Shown here in pieces: positions 31,601-41,687 of a stretch of 64,000 nt of DNA (position 1 is the stretch's first letter; each line of letters begins with the position of its first letter). The notes beneath the pieces were generated by a model. It did not search any database and was not told where the DNA came from. It worked only from the letters and a program-made list of their open reading frames with translations. The translations under genes and the position numbers were made by a program. Source of the stretch: a virus; IMG/VR virus record IMGVR_UViG_3300044946_000078, positions 11,625 through 75,624 of that record; one strand, written 5' to 3'.

Positions 31601-32718
31601 CCAGATTGAGACGCAAAAAACAAAAGGCCATTTATATCATTAACAGGAGGTATATAATTAAGATTGGATGTTAAGGTCATATTTATCGGAGTCTGATTGT
31701 ATCCCTCCGTAATATTCCCCATTATAATGGTATTACCATTTAACAATTCTAGGCATTGGGCCGCAATGGGACAGAAATCAAAAAGTTGAACGATTTGGGC
31801 CGGATCGGCAGATACATATACGCCATCATTATAAAAGTCAAATTGATAAATGCTATTATCTGGTATAGCCAACATTGCTTTATCGAACGACTCAACCAAA
31901 AGCCAATTGCTATTCTCAACATTATCTGTTGCTTGCTGCACCCATAATTCAATTTTTATTACATCTTCATCTCCTGTTGAAAAAAAAGTGTAAATAAAAT
32001 TATTGCTTGTCTGATCGCTATATATATCTTGGTTGAATGTTTCATTTGGTAGTGACACTCTACTACCGACACTATATACAGGTTTCATGTAATCTCTGTA
32101 TACGTATCTGGTCCTAAACTTGAACAAGGCATTTTGCAGATTATTCAAATTAGTAGATGGATCGTTGCCATAACAACATCTGACGGGACACCTGGGCGGC
32201 GCTTTTGCCAAATCGATGAATGACCGCTTAGTTACTGCATAAGGAGTATTTAAGAAGAAAAGTATATTGATGCAAGTTGGTCTCCCTTGACTATCCAGGT
32301 AAACGAGTAAATCCCCTTGAATATCTTCTTGGTATACGATAACTATAGAAAGAATTGGATTATTAAGTGTAAACCCAAGTATATCCCCTTGGGTAGCCGA
32401 ACCATTTATTAAAAGGGTTTGAATTGTTTTAGGAACGGTATTGTATATGAATATGGCATGATTGCCGTTACTATTCCAGTTGAACCAAATTATCCTTTGG
32501 CTTACTTGGTCATAAAATGCACCTATACATTCATTATTCCCAGCCGGAAGTGCAGAATTGGATATTAATGAATTCCCTATTATATTTTGAACTCGCCTAT
32601 TATTAGCTTCACCCCTATACACTACATTTAAAGCGTCCAATACTGAAAAAAAGTCTACTTCCGTCTCGGATAAGTCGGTATCTAAAATAGCATTGAATCT
32701 TTTTATCTGTACTGGCAT
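28699..32718 (-). CDS. tail nozzle/stabilisation protein
   Basis: 1339-aa beta-rich protein with ALNV..R, CIGA, FKFRTRYVY and YxGEFG..NHPES motifs typical of crAss-like stabilisation/muzzle proteins; follows the ring genes. Confidence 0.7.
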   Translation of the reverse strand: MPVQIKRFNAILDTDLSETEVDFFSVLDALNVVYRGEANNRRVQNIIGNSLISNSALPAGNNECIGAFYDQVSQRIIWFNWNSNGNHAIFIYNTVPKTIQTLLINGSATQGDILGFTLNNPILSIVIVYQEDIQGDLLVYLDSQGRPTCINILFFLNTPYAVTKRSFIDLAKAPPRCPVRCCYGNDPSTNLNNLQNALFKFRTRYVYRDYMKPVYSVGSRVSLPNETFNQDIYSDQTSNNFIYTFFSTGDEDVIKIELWVQQATDNVENSNWLLVESFDKAMLAIPDNSIYQFDFYNDGVYVSADPAQIVQLFDFCPIAAQCLELLNGNTIIMGNITEGYNQTPINMTLTSNLNYIPPVNDINGLLFFASQSGLDSYGNVGDNITIYLFGTNDGAGNIPGNGLNYTVTYGVAGTNNSFQYSSGSNTSIATILDGILAAAEVKGFTLVGSVGANSFTVSLTNVSLYYAQTTNSTTGGSSPYTESVYSFVDRCAYQLAVCYYDQKGRTIGAQFPSNNGITTLNDLSGNLTPQIIATINNQPPLYAYYYSIVRSLNLTYDKYLMWICNQTFVNTDLATGYQYAYIGYSNMELYNENVTTANPGGTPVVGYTFSQGDRIRFLINYPLNGSSVQMSPANDYQIVSVETDPVLNGIIQEGSFIKIIYPTTDISASFNFGFASGLTPLQSDNFQRYKILIYNYAKRVTEDQEVFYDFGRQYAIGNPGTNTAFHIGSDQSQSIDYTTPAIIRMSDGDFFYRERQVPTGLSYYINAQQCAFSQHSQTFTTQATENPQGVVNPTAGSAPYQINQQLQNGVGFGPGNYPQYSPTNADRALYWNETSSPQNIRLRGTIPLNATTSCTVFGALYFMNAANIPPTQFQYLFQNFNLTEEATVQGYEVVVDVIITIPANTQAWLFYGFLPGIDTNFTGQVGGFTLRLDVLNYITIPVMDSSFDDAYNIVYNANLRPLPYDDNAQQNTFETLLRWSLSDQFGTEINQLNRFYDQNQDEVDRAKGPLLRLKSRDRILRGFQARGCFEKGVYNSFINQASGENVLTTTNAIITIGNTPYYEGEFGLGNHPESLVSGKIQDYFFDPVRGYMVRLSQDGLIPVSELYKGQYYIRSLITPYLSNWTKADGSNARIIGCYNFFEEEWIGILQAGTNGAQTIQNYAIAFNEKNNAYGSKYSFNEAEWIISAEEDFYTFLNGQLYFHDNNPNTNTAPYCNYFGVQYPCYVKTVFNQNLIEKKTFISIAELASQIWEAPLIYTNQYTYGTTRQQSKLIPANFATLEGLFETSFMRDINSPGGWINGYTMKGSYLGIQLQVTNPTGLVWISEVKLKYITSPLNAS

Positions 32719-32721
32719 AAG

Positions 32722-33489
32722 TTATACCTTAACTGTAAATCTTTGATTGCGCAAATTCCATTCGTATGCGTCTTCAAATTCAAATGGTTCATATTTGCTC
32801 CATGCGAGACGACGATCATTGTAATATTTTTTAGATCGCATCATTATCATATTATTATTTACATGGGTAGAACTAGGCATAGATACAATGTCCATCCAAC
32901 GAAGGAAGGAAATCATAGCCTCCCTAAATTGAATTGGTATTCGATAAGTGACCGACGGATCTGGGATAGACGTGTATTCTACAATTAAATAATTATAATA
33001 AAAATGTTCATTGAGAATTATTATCCCAGCTTGATTATCTACTTTGTAATCCCCTACAAAGGGCCCTCCACTTGGAACGCCAAATAGATTAAAAAAGGAG
33101 TCCCCATTCCAATAATTGAAAAACATGAACGAGTTATTCTGATAATAGTTAACTAAGGTATTATCTGTTACTTTTTGTTCTCGTTCGGGGCTTAATTCGG
33201 CGTAGAAAGTAAGTTTATCATTATACATTAATGGTATCACTTCTCCTTTCTGATTTAATACACCGATTTTAGACCATTGCATACATCGGGATGGTAGGTA
33301 CGCGGTAAAGTTTGAATTTATTGGGATTTTTTCAGATTGTATTCGGTAAAAAAAATCAAGCCCCATATCGTCCATGCCACGTACTGCTATATCCCACATC
33401 TTTACATATTTGTAGTCTCCTTGTTCGGATTCACTCAAATAGCTATTGACACAAGAATCAAGTGTTATATATTGGGCTGTTCCTGGCAT
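32722..33489 (-). CDS. neck/tail ring protein
   Basis: LPSRC..WSKI and LIVEYTS...IP..FREAMISF pattern; synteny. Confidence 0.55.
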   Translation of the reverse strand: MPGTAQYITLDSCVNSYLSESEQGDYKYVKMWDIAVRGMDDMGLDFFYRIQSEKIPINSNFTAYLPSRCMQWSKIGVLNQKGEVIPLMYNDKLTFYAELSPEREQKVTDNTLVNYYQNNSFMFFNYWNGDSFFNLFGVPSGGPFVGDYKVDNQAGIIILNEHFYYNYLIVEYTSIPDPSVTYRIPIQFREAMISFLRWMDIVSMPSSTHVNNNMIMMRSKKYYNDRRLAWSKYEPFEFEDAYEWNLRNQRFTVKV

Positions 33490-33498
33490 TTTTTATAT

Positions 33499-33768
33499 TT
33501 AATAAGCGGCTAAAATATCTATCGATTCCATCAAATATAGGGTTTCGCCATTTTCAATAAATGGCTGCCCGGCATCTAACACATGATGCACTTTCATTCC
33601 TGGCTTAACATTCATTGGCCTTTTTTTAAGACCATTACCGCACGCAACTACTGTCCCCTTCATTGGTCTTTTTTTGACCGAATCGGGCACATAGATACCT
33701 CCTAAGCTGATCTCATCAGGAGGATCGGGCCTTACTAATACTTTTGTTCTAATGGGTTGTATTGACAT
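33499..33768 (-). CDS. groES: co-chaperonin GroES homologue
   Basis: IQPIRTKVLV, SLGGIYVPDS, GTVVACGNG, VKPGMKV, LMESIDILA; start at MSIQP (33768). Confidence 0.85.
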   Translation of the reverse strand: MSIQPIRTKVLVRPDPPDEISLGGIYVPDSVKKRPMKGTVVACGNGLKKRPMNVKPGMKVHHVLDAGQPFIENGETLYLMESIDILAAY

Positions 33769-33775
33769 AATTTTA

Positions 33776-34423
33776 TTATTGTTCTGGTTGTGTTGGAATA
33801 TCCTCTCCATCATTACCTGTATTACGTGGCTGGGAACGCTCCCAGGCTAATTCTTTAACGCAATAATCAATCACTATAGGCATGTAATCATCGGGGATAT
33901 TTAAGATACTATTCAAGTCTGTAGAGTCCCCTGCACTTACCATTGTAACAGTCGAAGTCCATAATGATAGGGGGAATGTAGCTTTACACCTTACATATAC
34001 CCCTTCTGGTAGGTACACTACTTTATTTTGAATAGGCGGCATTCTGTCAAAATAGGACGCTTGATTTTGACTTATAGGTACTCCATCAAAAGACGTAAAT
34101 CCATTTCTGTAAAATCTTAACCTGGAAATACCTTGTGTTTTATCAAATGCCAAAGGAATTTGGGGTAGTTGAAACATCCAACCTAAATTATTGGTTGGAT
34201 CTTGAACTATGGGTATCCCAGAATAAGTACAATAAAATGAGTTATTGATATATCCAGTTCCTTCAATAGCTATATTATCAGTATAATTTTTTTGAGCGGC
34301 AATGGCACACCCGTCATTTAAAAACCTATTTACAAGTTCGTAGGTAATACTTGAATCTTCTGTTGGTTGACCAGCATATACCATTCTTAAAATACGTTCT
34401 ATTATGGAATTTCTAATTTCCAT
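33776..34423 (-). CDS. neck/tail ring protein
   Basis: 215 aa ending LNIPDDYMPIVI; synteny with adaptor/ring genes. Confidence 0.55.
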   Translation of the reverse strand: MEIRNSIIERILRMVYAGQPTEDSSITYELVNRFLNDGCAIAAQKNYTDNIAIEGTGYINNSFYCTYSGIPIVQDPTNNLGWMFQLPQIPLAFDKTQGISRLRFYRNGFTSFDGVPISQNQASYFDRMPPIQNKVVYLPEGVYVRCKATFPLSLWTSTVTMVSAGDSTDLNSILNIPDDYMPIVIDYCVKELAWERSQPRNTGNDGEDIPTQPEQ

Positions 34424-34424
34424 A

Positions 34425-35126
34425 TTATTGGCCCCCCTTTGTTATCATTCCAGCATATTGAGATACTTCTTGAGATTGTAGATTTATTCCGATCATTGCA
34501 AGAGCCCTTGAAATAACTTCCATCATATCTACGTCATACCACTTTGGATCTACGCTAGTCGAAGGATTATAAACTGGTAATCCGGTTATTGAATCTGGGG
34601 TGTATCTCCATACAATAGCTGGTGGTGTGCTTACATAGCTTAATTGAAATTGAGAATTTGGAATAGATGTACCAGTATCAGTAGGATTAGGATAGACTCT
34701 GAATCCTTTATCTTCAATTGTTACAACCGGATTAGTGGCTATAGGATCGATAAAACTTTTTATGAAAGAATATAGTTTATTTTGTTGTACAGGTCTAAGG
34801 CGATGAATGAGATTAATTTGGAAAAAGGCATCCCATTGTTGATAATCTGCTGGATATGAAACAAATCCAGTATCATCAACGGTCAATAAGACTCGGGGGC
34901 CTATAAAAGGAGCAAGCCGTTGCCTGACAACCATATTAACTCCAAATTCCACCCTTGCTCCTGGACGTCCTACGCTATAATCTTGAAATTGGCCTAACAA
35001 ATAATTAAATAACCCAAGTTGTGCTTGCGTGATGACTGCATTGAACTCATCGGGGGATATATTGCCTCCATTCTGATTTTTATTGCAGATAAACTGAGTG
35101 ATACTATACGCAAAATCGACCGTCAA
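34425..35126 (-). CDS. head-tail adaptor/ring protein
   Basis: NKNQNGG.ISPDEFN...QAQL and YVSTP...W.Y motifs as in crAss-like ring proteins; TTG start. Confidence 0.6.
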   Translation of the reverse strand: MTVDFAYSITQFICNKNQNGGNISPDEFNAVITQAQLGLFNYLLGQFQDYSVGRPGARVEFGVNMVVRQRLAPFIGPRVLLTVDDTGFVSYPADYQQWDAFFQINLIHRLRPVQQNKLYSFIKSFIDPIATNPVVTIEDKGFRVYPNPTDTGTSIPNSQFQLSYVSTPPAIVWRYTPDSITGLPVYNPSTSVDPKWYDVDMMEVISRALAMIGINLQSQEVSQYAGMITKGGQ

Positions 35127-35144
35127 CTTGGGTTATTTTTTTTA

Positions 35145-36071
35145 TTAGTGAACTCTTTCTTCTAGGTTTTCACAGAAATTACGCCCTTCTGGACTATTGG
35201 TCAAGACAAGTTCAAACAGATACTTGAAAGAATTATGCTTTGCTACTGCCGGAAGGGTACAAATCTTACCTCCATTTGACCAATGCGCTTCGCCTCTATT
35301 CCTTTGCAAATCGATCATCCCTTCCGTAAGGGCCTTTCTGAGTAAGCAGAATATTTCGACATCTTTACTGTCCATAATCTTTTTAAAGCGCTCTGGATTT
35401 TCTTCTACTTTGGCCAAAAATTCAGTCCTAACGCCATTATCTGTTCTAGGCTGGCCCATCACATCCACGAATTTAACGCCTAGAAAAAGAGCATGTTTAC
35501 GAACCTTATCGATTGGCATTTGCATCGCCAATTCGAGTTGTTCCATTTTAAAGATTCTCTTTTCGTATGCCTCACGCTCCATCCGTTCCGGGTCCCATTT
35601 GTAGTACCCATATTTACCACCACCATACGGCGACTTATCATTGTTATCGAAGTAATCATTTCCTAGTTCAAGGAACTGAATAGCGGTTTTGTCTTGAACC
35701 GGGATACGGCATACTCTATTTTTAAAAACTATCGATCGGCGATGGCTTTTGATATAATCTGCACTAATGTCTTTTTGCTCCTTAGCCCATATAGTCCCTA
35801 CTCCACTTAGTAGCCGGGCCAGTTCAATTTCTCCCGTTGATGGGTTAATGATATTAGCTTCTCCATGTATATTAACTGCTCCGTGTTTTTTGTTGTCTCT
35901 AAGCCTAAAGATCACAAATTGTTGGCCTTGTGGCTTTTTGTCTTCAAACTCAAAGGAAGTATCATATAATACTTCGCTCGGGGCAGTTACCGATCCATTT
36001 TCTAATTCTTGGCGTATATCTACACCAGTTGAGTGAGCCATTGTAGAGGCTCCTGTACGCTGTTTTGCCAT
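35145..36071 (-). CDS. hypothetical protein immediately downstream of the major capsid gene
   Basis: 308-aa ORF in the morphogenesis block. Confidence 0.6.
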   Translation of the reverse strand: MAKQRTGASTMAHSTGVDIRQELENGSVTAPSEVLYDTSFEFEDKKPQGQQFVIFRLRDNKKHGAVNIHGEANIINPSTGEIELARLLSGVGTIWAKEQKDISADYIKSHRRSIVFKNRVCRIPVQDKTAIQFLELGNDYFDNNDKSPYGGGKYGYYKWDPERMEREAYEKRIFKMEQLELAMQMPIDKVRKHALFLGVKFVDVMGQPRTDNGVRTEFLAKVEENPERFKKIMDSKDVEIFCLLRKALTEGMIDLQRNRGEAHWSNGGKICTLPAVAKHNSFKYLFELVLTNSPEGRNFCENLEERVH

Positions 36072-36139
36072 AAAATTTATTTAATTTTTGAAATATTAAG
36101 GCCTGTTTCCGGCCCCCTCCGATCCGGAGGGTTAATTAT

Positions 36140-36168
36140 AAAAAGGAGAGCGGCATTACCGCCCTCCT
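36140..36168 (-). terminator. intrinsic terminator after the major capsid gene
   Basis: - strand AGGAGGGCGG-TAATG-CCGCTCTCCT-TTTT. Confidence 0.75.
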
Positions 36169-36176
36169 ATATTTGA

Positions 36177-37604
36177 TTAGTTGCCTGTTACCTCTACGAA
36201 CTGGTTGGCTGCGGCCAAACGCATACCTCTGTACGTCACCATTTCGATCAGATCGGTCAATTGACCATCGGTCGGGTTCCTGGAACCACCACCATGTTGC
36301 CATACACGGATACCATTACCCACTGTGCCGCCACCTACTGGCTGCTGATACATAACGGTCATGTTTTTGTAGGTCTTGGTAGAGTCGCGGGAATCACGAC
36401 TTGTCCCCATCGGGCAGATATAACCAGTATAACGGTATTTATCTACCAACGGAGTATGGCCCGTGATTATTTCCGTATTAAAGTTGATATAGACCTTCTT
36501 ACGGAAATTAAAGCCATCGATAGCCAACGTGTCAAACCCATAAGACATTGCAGCCTCTTGGGACTTTTCGCCATTACCCCATACGAACGCTCCGGCAGGA
36601 AGTTCATTGAAGATGCCATCGGAGAATGCCTGAGCTTGGAAGGTATCCTGAAGCCAGATATTATCCTTTGCGCATCCGTTTGCCCTCATGATGCGCGTAA
36701 TTTCGTGCATCTTGGCAAAATCAATGCTATTGGGATCAGTCCCTACAGTTTCACCAAATTGGCCGATGAAAGGGAACATACCTTGTGTACCAAGAGAGTT
36801 ATTGATGGCGGTATTGTTTTGGGCATTACCAAACATCAATTTGCTTTCTACTTGGTTCTTGAAGCGCATATTGGTTTTAACCATTCCCTTATAGGTGAAG
36901 AAGGAAGTACCGGCTTGCTCTACCGGCATATCACCAGTAACGCCATTTTCATAGAAAACCTGGCTCATTTCAGCCCAATCCGTTGCCTGCCAAGTATCAC
37001 GCATTGTCGTGATAGTGTTGGTCAGCTTATTATCCAAATGGATCAGCGCCTCGATAGAGTTAGAGGCTTCAGCCGCATCCACATACCCCCCAAAGATCAG
37101 AACTTCGCCAGCATTCAGGTTGGCGGAGTTTGCTGAGGTAAAGGGAACGCTGATATTCTTTGGCGCTACAGTAAATTCAAAAGCAAACGGCGTATCATCG
37201 TTGATGTCGATAATTACACCTTCCAGGAAGGAAGACGCGATACGGACAGTTTCGTTAATACGAAGGGGGCTTTCGGTACCATTGTTAAAGTGGTCTCCTG
37301 CGTCGAGCGTAAGGACAACATTTGCCCCGGCTGCAACGTTATTAACTGCATTGACACTGATGATGGATGGCATCAATTTGCCGTAGTTCTCGAACCAAAA
37401 GAATTCTTGGTTAAAGACCTGTTCCATGCCTCCATAAGTGGCTAACCACCATGTAAAATCCTCATTCCCGTACTTTTCTACATAGGTACGGTAGTACTGA
37501 GGGGTAAGCAATTGCAGCATCGAGATAAGCGCCTCATTAGCGCCGCCTTGGATACTTATGGCACCTGGCTGCAATATATTTGATGTAGGAATACCTGCGG
37601 GCAT
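36177..37604 (-). CDS. major capsid protein
   Basis: 475 aa after portal and scaffold; F.WFE.GKL, ESKLMFG, GTQGMF, YGFDT and RG......NQF motifs; distinct GC-richer codon use; followed by a terminator. Confidence 0.8.
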   Translation of the reverse strand: MPAGIPTSNILQPGAISIQGGANEALISMLQLLTPQYYRTYVEKYGNEDFTWWLATYGGMEQVFNQEFFWFENYGKLMPSIISVNAVNNVAAGANVVLTLDAGDHFNNGTESPLRINETVRIASSFLEGVIIDINDDTPFAFEFTVAPKNISVPFTSANSANLNAGEVLIFGGYVDAAEASNSIEALIHLDNKLTNTITTMRDTWQATDWAEMSQVFYENGVTGDMPVEQAGTSFFTYKGMVKTNMRFKNQVESKLMFGNAQNNTAINNSLGTQGMFPFIGQFGETVGTDPNSIDFAKMHEITRIMRANGCAKDNIWLQDTFQAQAFSDGIFNELPAGAFVWGNGEKSQEAAMSYGFDTLAIDGFNFRKKVYINFNTEIITGHTPLVDKYRYTGYICPMGTSRDSRDSTKTYKNMTVMYQQPVGGGTVGNGIRVWQHGGGSRNPTDGQLTDLIEMVTYRGMRLAAANQFVEVTGN

Positions 37605-37636
37605 CTTAAATCATTTTTGATGTTAAAAAATAGGCA

Positions 37637-38791
37637 TTATGCCTCGTCCCACATTTTCTGGATTGCCTTTTGACGGGCAGCGTCCTTTGCGTCGGCAGTA
37701 AAAGCATCGCCTGGATTACTTCCTGGTTGTTCTACCTGGATATTGCCCCTTATTTTCAAATGATTATCAACGGCTTTTGATGCCGCTTCATTAGCGATTT
37801 TTTGATGGATTTTATCCCTATTTTCAAGCTCATAAAGATCTTGCTTCATGAGGGGAATATTGGGTTTCCCATCTTTGAACCACCGTTTGTCGAAATAATC
37901 AGTTAAATCAAAGTCAAACATTTTTGATTTTAGGGCCGTATCTTCTTCCGGAGATATTCCATAGCTGATAGGCAATTTCGCTTCCCCGCTAATTGCTTCA
38001 ACATTGAATCCGTTGAATGCCCCAAAGTCTTTATTAAATGCTTCTTCATAGGAAGATCTCATTGCCGCCTGCTGTTGCGCGATCCCTTGCGCCCTAGCTG
38101 CTGCATCTGAATCTCCCTTTTGTATATCAGGTAGAACTAACTCAGTTTTTAATTTAGCAAGTGCCTCTTTAGCGGAGAATGAATCCCGACCAATACTACG
38201 ATTGATCTTGTCTACTTGCTTTTGCCATTTATCCAAATTAGCTAGATAAACGGGGTCGGTTTCATCACCACCAGAATCTGGCTTTTCCGGCAAAGAATAT
38301 TTATCCTCAAACACATCCTGGATATCCTCTGGTGTATAATGCGGATTAGCCTCTTGAATATGCATTTTTATGATCTCGTCCGGCTTGAGTGCATCCAAAG
38401 AGGATAGTCGCTCTTCTCGATCTAGGTATTTTTTTATTTCTGCCTTATTGCCGCTTTTTATGTGGTTATATATGCGTTCGCTCTCTTCATTATCAAATTT
38501 GAGCGGCTTATTACGAAGTTCTCTTAGTTCGGCCAGCTCACTCTTGCCAATATCCGGATCATCCCAACCATAAGTTTCTTTTACGAAAGCCTTAACATCG
38601 AATGGCTTATTTTCTTCGTTTTTAGTCGCATCTGGTTGTACAACAACACTTTCCTTAACTGTTCCACGTGGAACATCTGCTTGTTTTTGGGGCCTTGTTT
38701 CGGTCCAACTATCATCAGCAAAAGGATCTTTCCTTGTAGGTGCCACCTCGGTTGCGACTGCTGGCTGTTCAATTACATCTGTATCGGGCAT
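37637..38791 (-). CDS. capsid scaffolding protein
   Basis: acidic, helical 384-aa protein directly upstream of the capsid gene. Confidence 0.6.
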   Translation of the reverse strand: MPDTDVIEQPAVATEVAPTRKDPFADDSWTETRPQKQADVPRGTVKESVVVQPDATKNEENKPFDVKAFVKETYGWDDPDIGKSELAELRELRNKPLKFDNEESERIYNHIKSGNKAEIKKYLDREERLSSLDALKPDEIIKMHIQEANPHYTPEDIQDVFEDKYSLPEKPDSGGDETDPVYLANLDKWQKQVDKINRSIGRDSFSAKEALAKLKTELVLPDIQKGDSDAAARAQGIAQQQAAMRSSYEEAFNKDFGAFNGFNVEAISGEAKLPISYGISPEEDTALKSKMFDFDLTDYFDKRWFKDGKPNIPLMKQDLYELENRDKIHQKIANEAASKAVDNHLKIRGNIQVEQPGSNPGDAFTADAKDAARQKAIQKMWDEA

Positions 38792-38794
38792 ATA

Positions 38795-39157
38795 CTAACA
38801 AATTTTTGATAACGTTACTAATAGTTTGGTTACAGTATTAGGGGTACCGGCATTGTTGGTTATCTGCAAGTATTGCCCTATGTATTGAAACCGATAAAGT
38901 CCTATGGTTGCTGTTGACACGGATTGGGATCCTGTCGCCAAATTAGTCCCTTGGACGGGCTCAAAATTTATTGCGGTTTGTGGTGAATTATCCGGCAACT
39001 CCCCCTGAATGGCTCCCCCATCATTGGAATGATTGAAATAAAATGTACCGGTCATCCCTATAATATGGACAATTATAGTTTCATACCCAGCCGTATCTAG
39101 GTTGACATATCCCTTTTCGTTGAATTGGACGGTATAGTCAAATGGACGCGTTATCAT
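38795..39157 (-). CDS. small beta-rich putative virion protein
   Basis: 120 aa between portal and scaffold. Confidence 0.45.
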   Translation of the reverse strand: MITRPFDYTVQFNEKGYVNLDTAGYETIIVHIIGMTGTFYFNHSNDGGAIQGELPDNSPQTAINFEPVQGTNLATGSQSVSTATIGLYRFQYIGQYLQITNNAGTPNTVTKLLVTLSKIC

Positions 39158-41628
39158 GCTGCTTGGGGTTGAGGGGTGTTTATACCCGGCGACGGCGCAG
39201 GTGATTGCGCGGGCGATTGACCCTGATCCGGCGTCGGTTGATTATTATTTTGAGGTTGAAGTCCACTTTGTTGATCTTGTCCTTGCATGTTTTGTAGCGC
39301 ACCCGAAAGGGCAATCTTATTCCCTATATTTTGACCAAAAACCGGGATAGCTACATTTGCTATCATCTCTTTTTCAATGGCTTTTAATTCTTCTGGCAAT
39401 GGAAGCCCTTTCGCATAAATCCCGGCGAACATTGCCAAAATTTCCTTTTCCTTTTCCTGTTGCCACTCAAGTTGTTTGAGCGCCATTTGGTTGCTATGCT
39501 TCAGATTTTCCAAGTCCATTTCGCTTTGGCTCTTAGCCTGGGCGCTTTGTATTTGAACTTGGGCCGTCATTTGGCTATTTTGCTGGGCCTGTTGCTGCTT
39601 CTCTAAGACATACTTCTTTTGGGCTAATTGAAACATTGTTTCGGCCAACTTAACATCTTCTTTGGCTATTCGTTCTAATTTCCATGGATCACAATAAGTA
39701 AAGAGGTCGGGAGAGGCAGCAATCAATTGATTCATATAGGCCGAGAATTGAGCCACCTCAGCATCGGTTGGGACCATTTTTATTTTCGTATCGAAGATGC
39801 GCCCCTTAACGTCTTCTTCTCCTAATAATTCTCGGTAAGCCTTCCCGGCGTATAAAACAGATGGTTTAAGAAGACAGGCCACTTTTCTGGATACGTCTTC
39901 CAATATATGTATATAGGCGTTATACATATGGTCTGTAGCTGCGTCTCCTGTATTTTGCGATGTTTCAACGTTCTCGGCAGCAACTCTGGGTTTTGTGGCG
40001 GCCGTAATTAGGTTTGGATCTTCTCCGAGATTATCCTTCAGTCGTTGATAATGGAAGTTATACCCTTCAACAAGGGCATTATATTGGGCAATAAATCCAG
40101 AGTTTTGAAGTTCTGTGATAGGGACTGGAATTATATTCCCTTCGGCATCACGCCCCCTATAATAGAGATCGCCAGTTTGATCATAGTATTGGCGCGGCTT
40201 TATCTTAGTCCCACCAGCCGTTCCTAGTGTTATGGCCTCCAATGCGTCCATATTAATTGCCGCTCCGGCTGGGCGCATCTTCATCATTAGTTGCTGAATC
40301 CGAAGCGTGCATAATACCATTCCCTGGACAGGTTCTTCGATCTTTTCCGGAACGGCAATGTTCCTCATGTTTATATTATGGTACATGAAGAACGAGTAGG
40401 AAAAGTCGCAATCCCCATATTTAGAGGGATCATTAGGGCGGATCATATTGGGCTTTAGTTCCCACTCTAATAGCACTCCGGCTGTACGGCAATAAACACC
40501 ACGATATATATTCCATACATCCTCTTCTCTCAAAGATGTATCGCCAGATAATTTAAAACTGGAATCTGCCTTTTTGATTAGGGTGCTTTTTGTACTCCCC
40601 GTTTCCTTTACTACGTATGTATATTTATCAAGAGATTTAATCTCGCACTCGATCACATCAAAGTTCCAGTCATCGTACGGCCGCATCAAGGATACATTCC
40701 ATTCCCCTACCCATCTAAGTTTATCTGAAAGTTGATAATCTTTGCAGGTAGCGACAATATCCATGATTTGCTCGGGGGTAAGATTGCGTTTTGTCCCCGG
40801 TCCGTATTTGGATACTAGTTCGCATATTTTCATTCCCCATACTTCGCCGCGCCAAGAGGTATCTTTTAGATCTGGAAGTTTTGAATAGGAATAAATGGAG
40901 TTTTCTGGTTCAACCCATTTCAATATAATGTTTCCCTTCGCATCCATGGTTACCTTCATTCCCAATAGACCAACTTCGGCACTATCGTAGAGAAGGTGTT
41001 CCTTCATTACATCAAAGAATCCTTCTTTATCTAAAATATCATTGATGGCTTTTTCGTAAGAAATTTCTTCGGGAATATGTTGGCCGTCTTGCACCCATAA
41101 GTCCAAATCCGACTGAGTTTCCGGAACGAAGTCATTCGGGCCATTAAGCTTTACTTTAGATGCCTGTTCCAGTTTGGCTAGACGCTCCTTTTGATGAAGG
41201 GCAAATTCAGCAGCTTGGTATTGTTTTTGTTTTTCTTTTATAGAAAGGGGGTCAATGGCGCTTACAGTTATTCGCTCATCTCGTCCCATCCATCGCCCAA
41301 CAAGGCCAGAAACGATCCTATTAACGATCATGATGCAAGACCACTTCAGATTTAGGAAGTTGATCTTCCCATTCATTTGCATCCGGTCGGCGAACATGGC
41401 TTGCATATCTTGCTTGCCAGCGCTCCAATCCCGGTTTAACCTAAATCGGTTGTTTCTGGGCCAATAATAGCCGTTCCCTATACCAGCATTAATTGTGGTT
41501 TCGATATAAGCCATGAGGCCCCGGCCAACTTCAGGGGTTAGCTTCTTGGAAGAATCCCGCTCAAGTTGAAAGTTGCGCAAGGCTGCGCCCGTCCCCGATT
41601 GGGGATTAGATGATACATCTTGGACCAA
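39154..41628 (-). CDS. portal protein
   Basis: 824 aa following terminase; NLKW...IVNRIV, AIDPLS, YYDQTG.LYYR motifs; Q-rich coiled-coil C-terminus; TTG start. Confidence 0.8.
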   Translation of the reverse strand: MVQDVSSNPQSGTGAALRNFQLERDSSKKLTPEVGRGLMAYIETTINAGIGNGYYWPRNNRFRLNRDWSAGKQDMQAMFADRMQMNGKINFLNLKWSCIMIVNRIVSGLVGRWMGRDERITVSAIDPLSIKEKQKQYQAAEFALHQKERLAKLEQASKVKLNGPNDFVPETQSDLDLWVQDGQHIPEEISYEKAINDILDKEGFFDVMKEHLLYDSAEVGLLGMKVTMDAKGNIILKWVEPENSIYSYSKLPDLKDTSWRGEVWGMKICELVSKYGPGTKRNLTPEQIMDIVATCKDYQLSDKLRWVGEWNVSLMRPYDDWNFDVIECEIKSLDKYTYVVKETGSTKSTLIKKADSSFKLSGDTSLREEDVWNIYRGVYCRTAGVLLEWELKPNMIRPNDPSKYGDCDFSYSFFMYHNINMRNIAVPEKIEEPVQGMVLCTLRIQQLMMKMRPAGAAINMDALEAITLGTAGGTKIKPRQYYDQTGDLYYRGRDAEGNIIPVPITELQNSGFIAQYNALVEGYNFHYQRLKDNLGEDPNLITAATKPRVAAENVETSQNTGDAATDHMYNAYIHILEDVSRKVACLLKPSVLYAGKAYRELLGEEDVKGRIFDTKIKMVPTDAEVAQFSAYMNQLIAASPDLFTYCDPWKLERIAKEDVKLAETMFQLAQKKYVLEKQQQAQQNSQMTAQVQIQSAQAKSQSEMDLENLKHSNQMALKQLEWQQEKEKEILAMFAGIYAKGLPLPEELKAIEKEMIANVAIPVFGQNIGNKIALSGALQNMQGQDQQSGLQPQNNNQPTPDQGQSPAQSPAPSPGINTPQPQAA

Positions 41629-41635
41629 AAAACAA

Positions 41636-41687
41636 TGGGTTAATAAGTACTATTAACCCAAATGTACAAAAAAACAGGAACAACAAA
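41636..41687 (-). promoter_or_regulatory. promoter plus perfect 10-bp inverted repeat upstream of portal
   Basis: - strand TTTG (41684-41687) - 17 nt - TACATTTG (41659-41666); TGGGTTAATA-agtac-TATTAACCCA at 41636-41660. Confidence 0.55.

Noticed and set aside
36261-37136. 291-aa + strand ORF antisense to the major capsid gene (and similar shadow ORFs, e.g. 43088..43630, 57328..57639)
   Set aside because: These fully overlap well-supported genes on the opposite strand, have no recognisable motifs, and are explained by codon bias.
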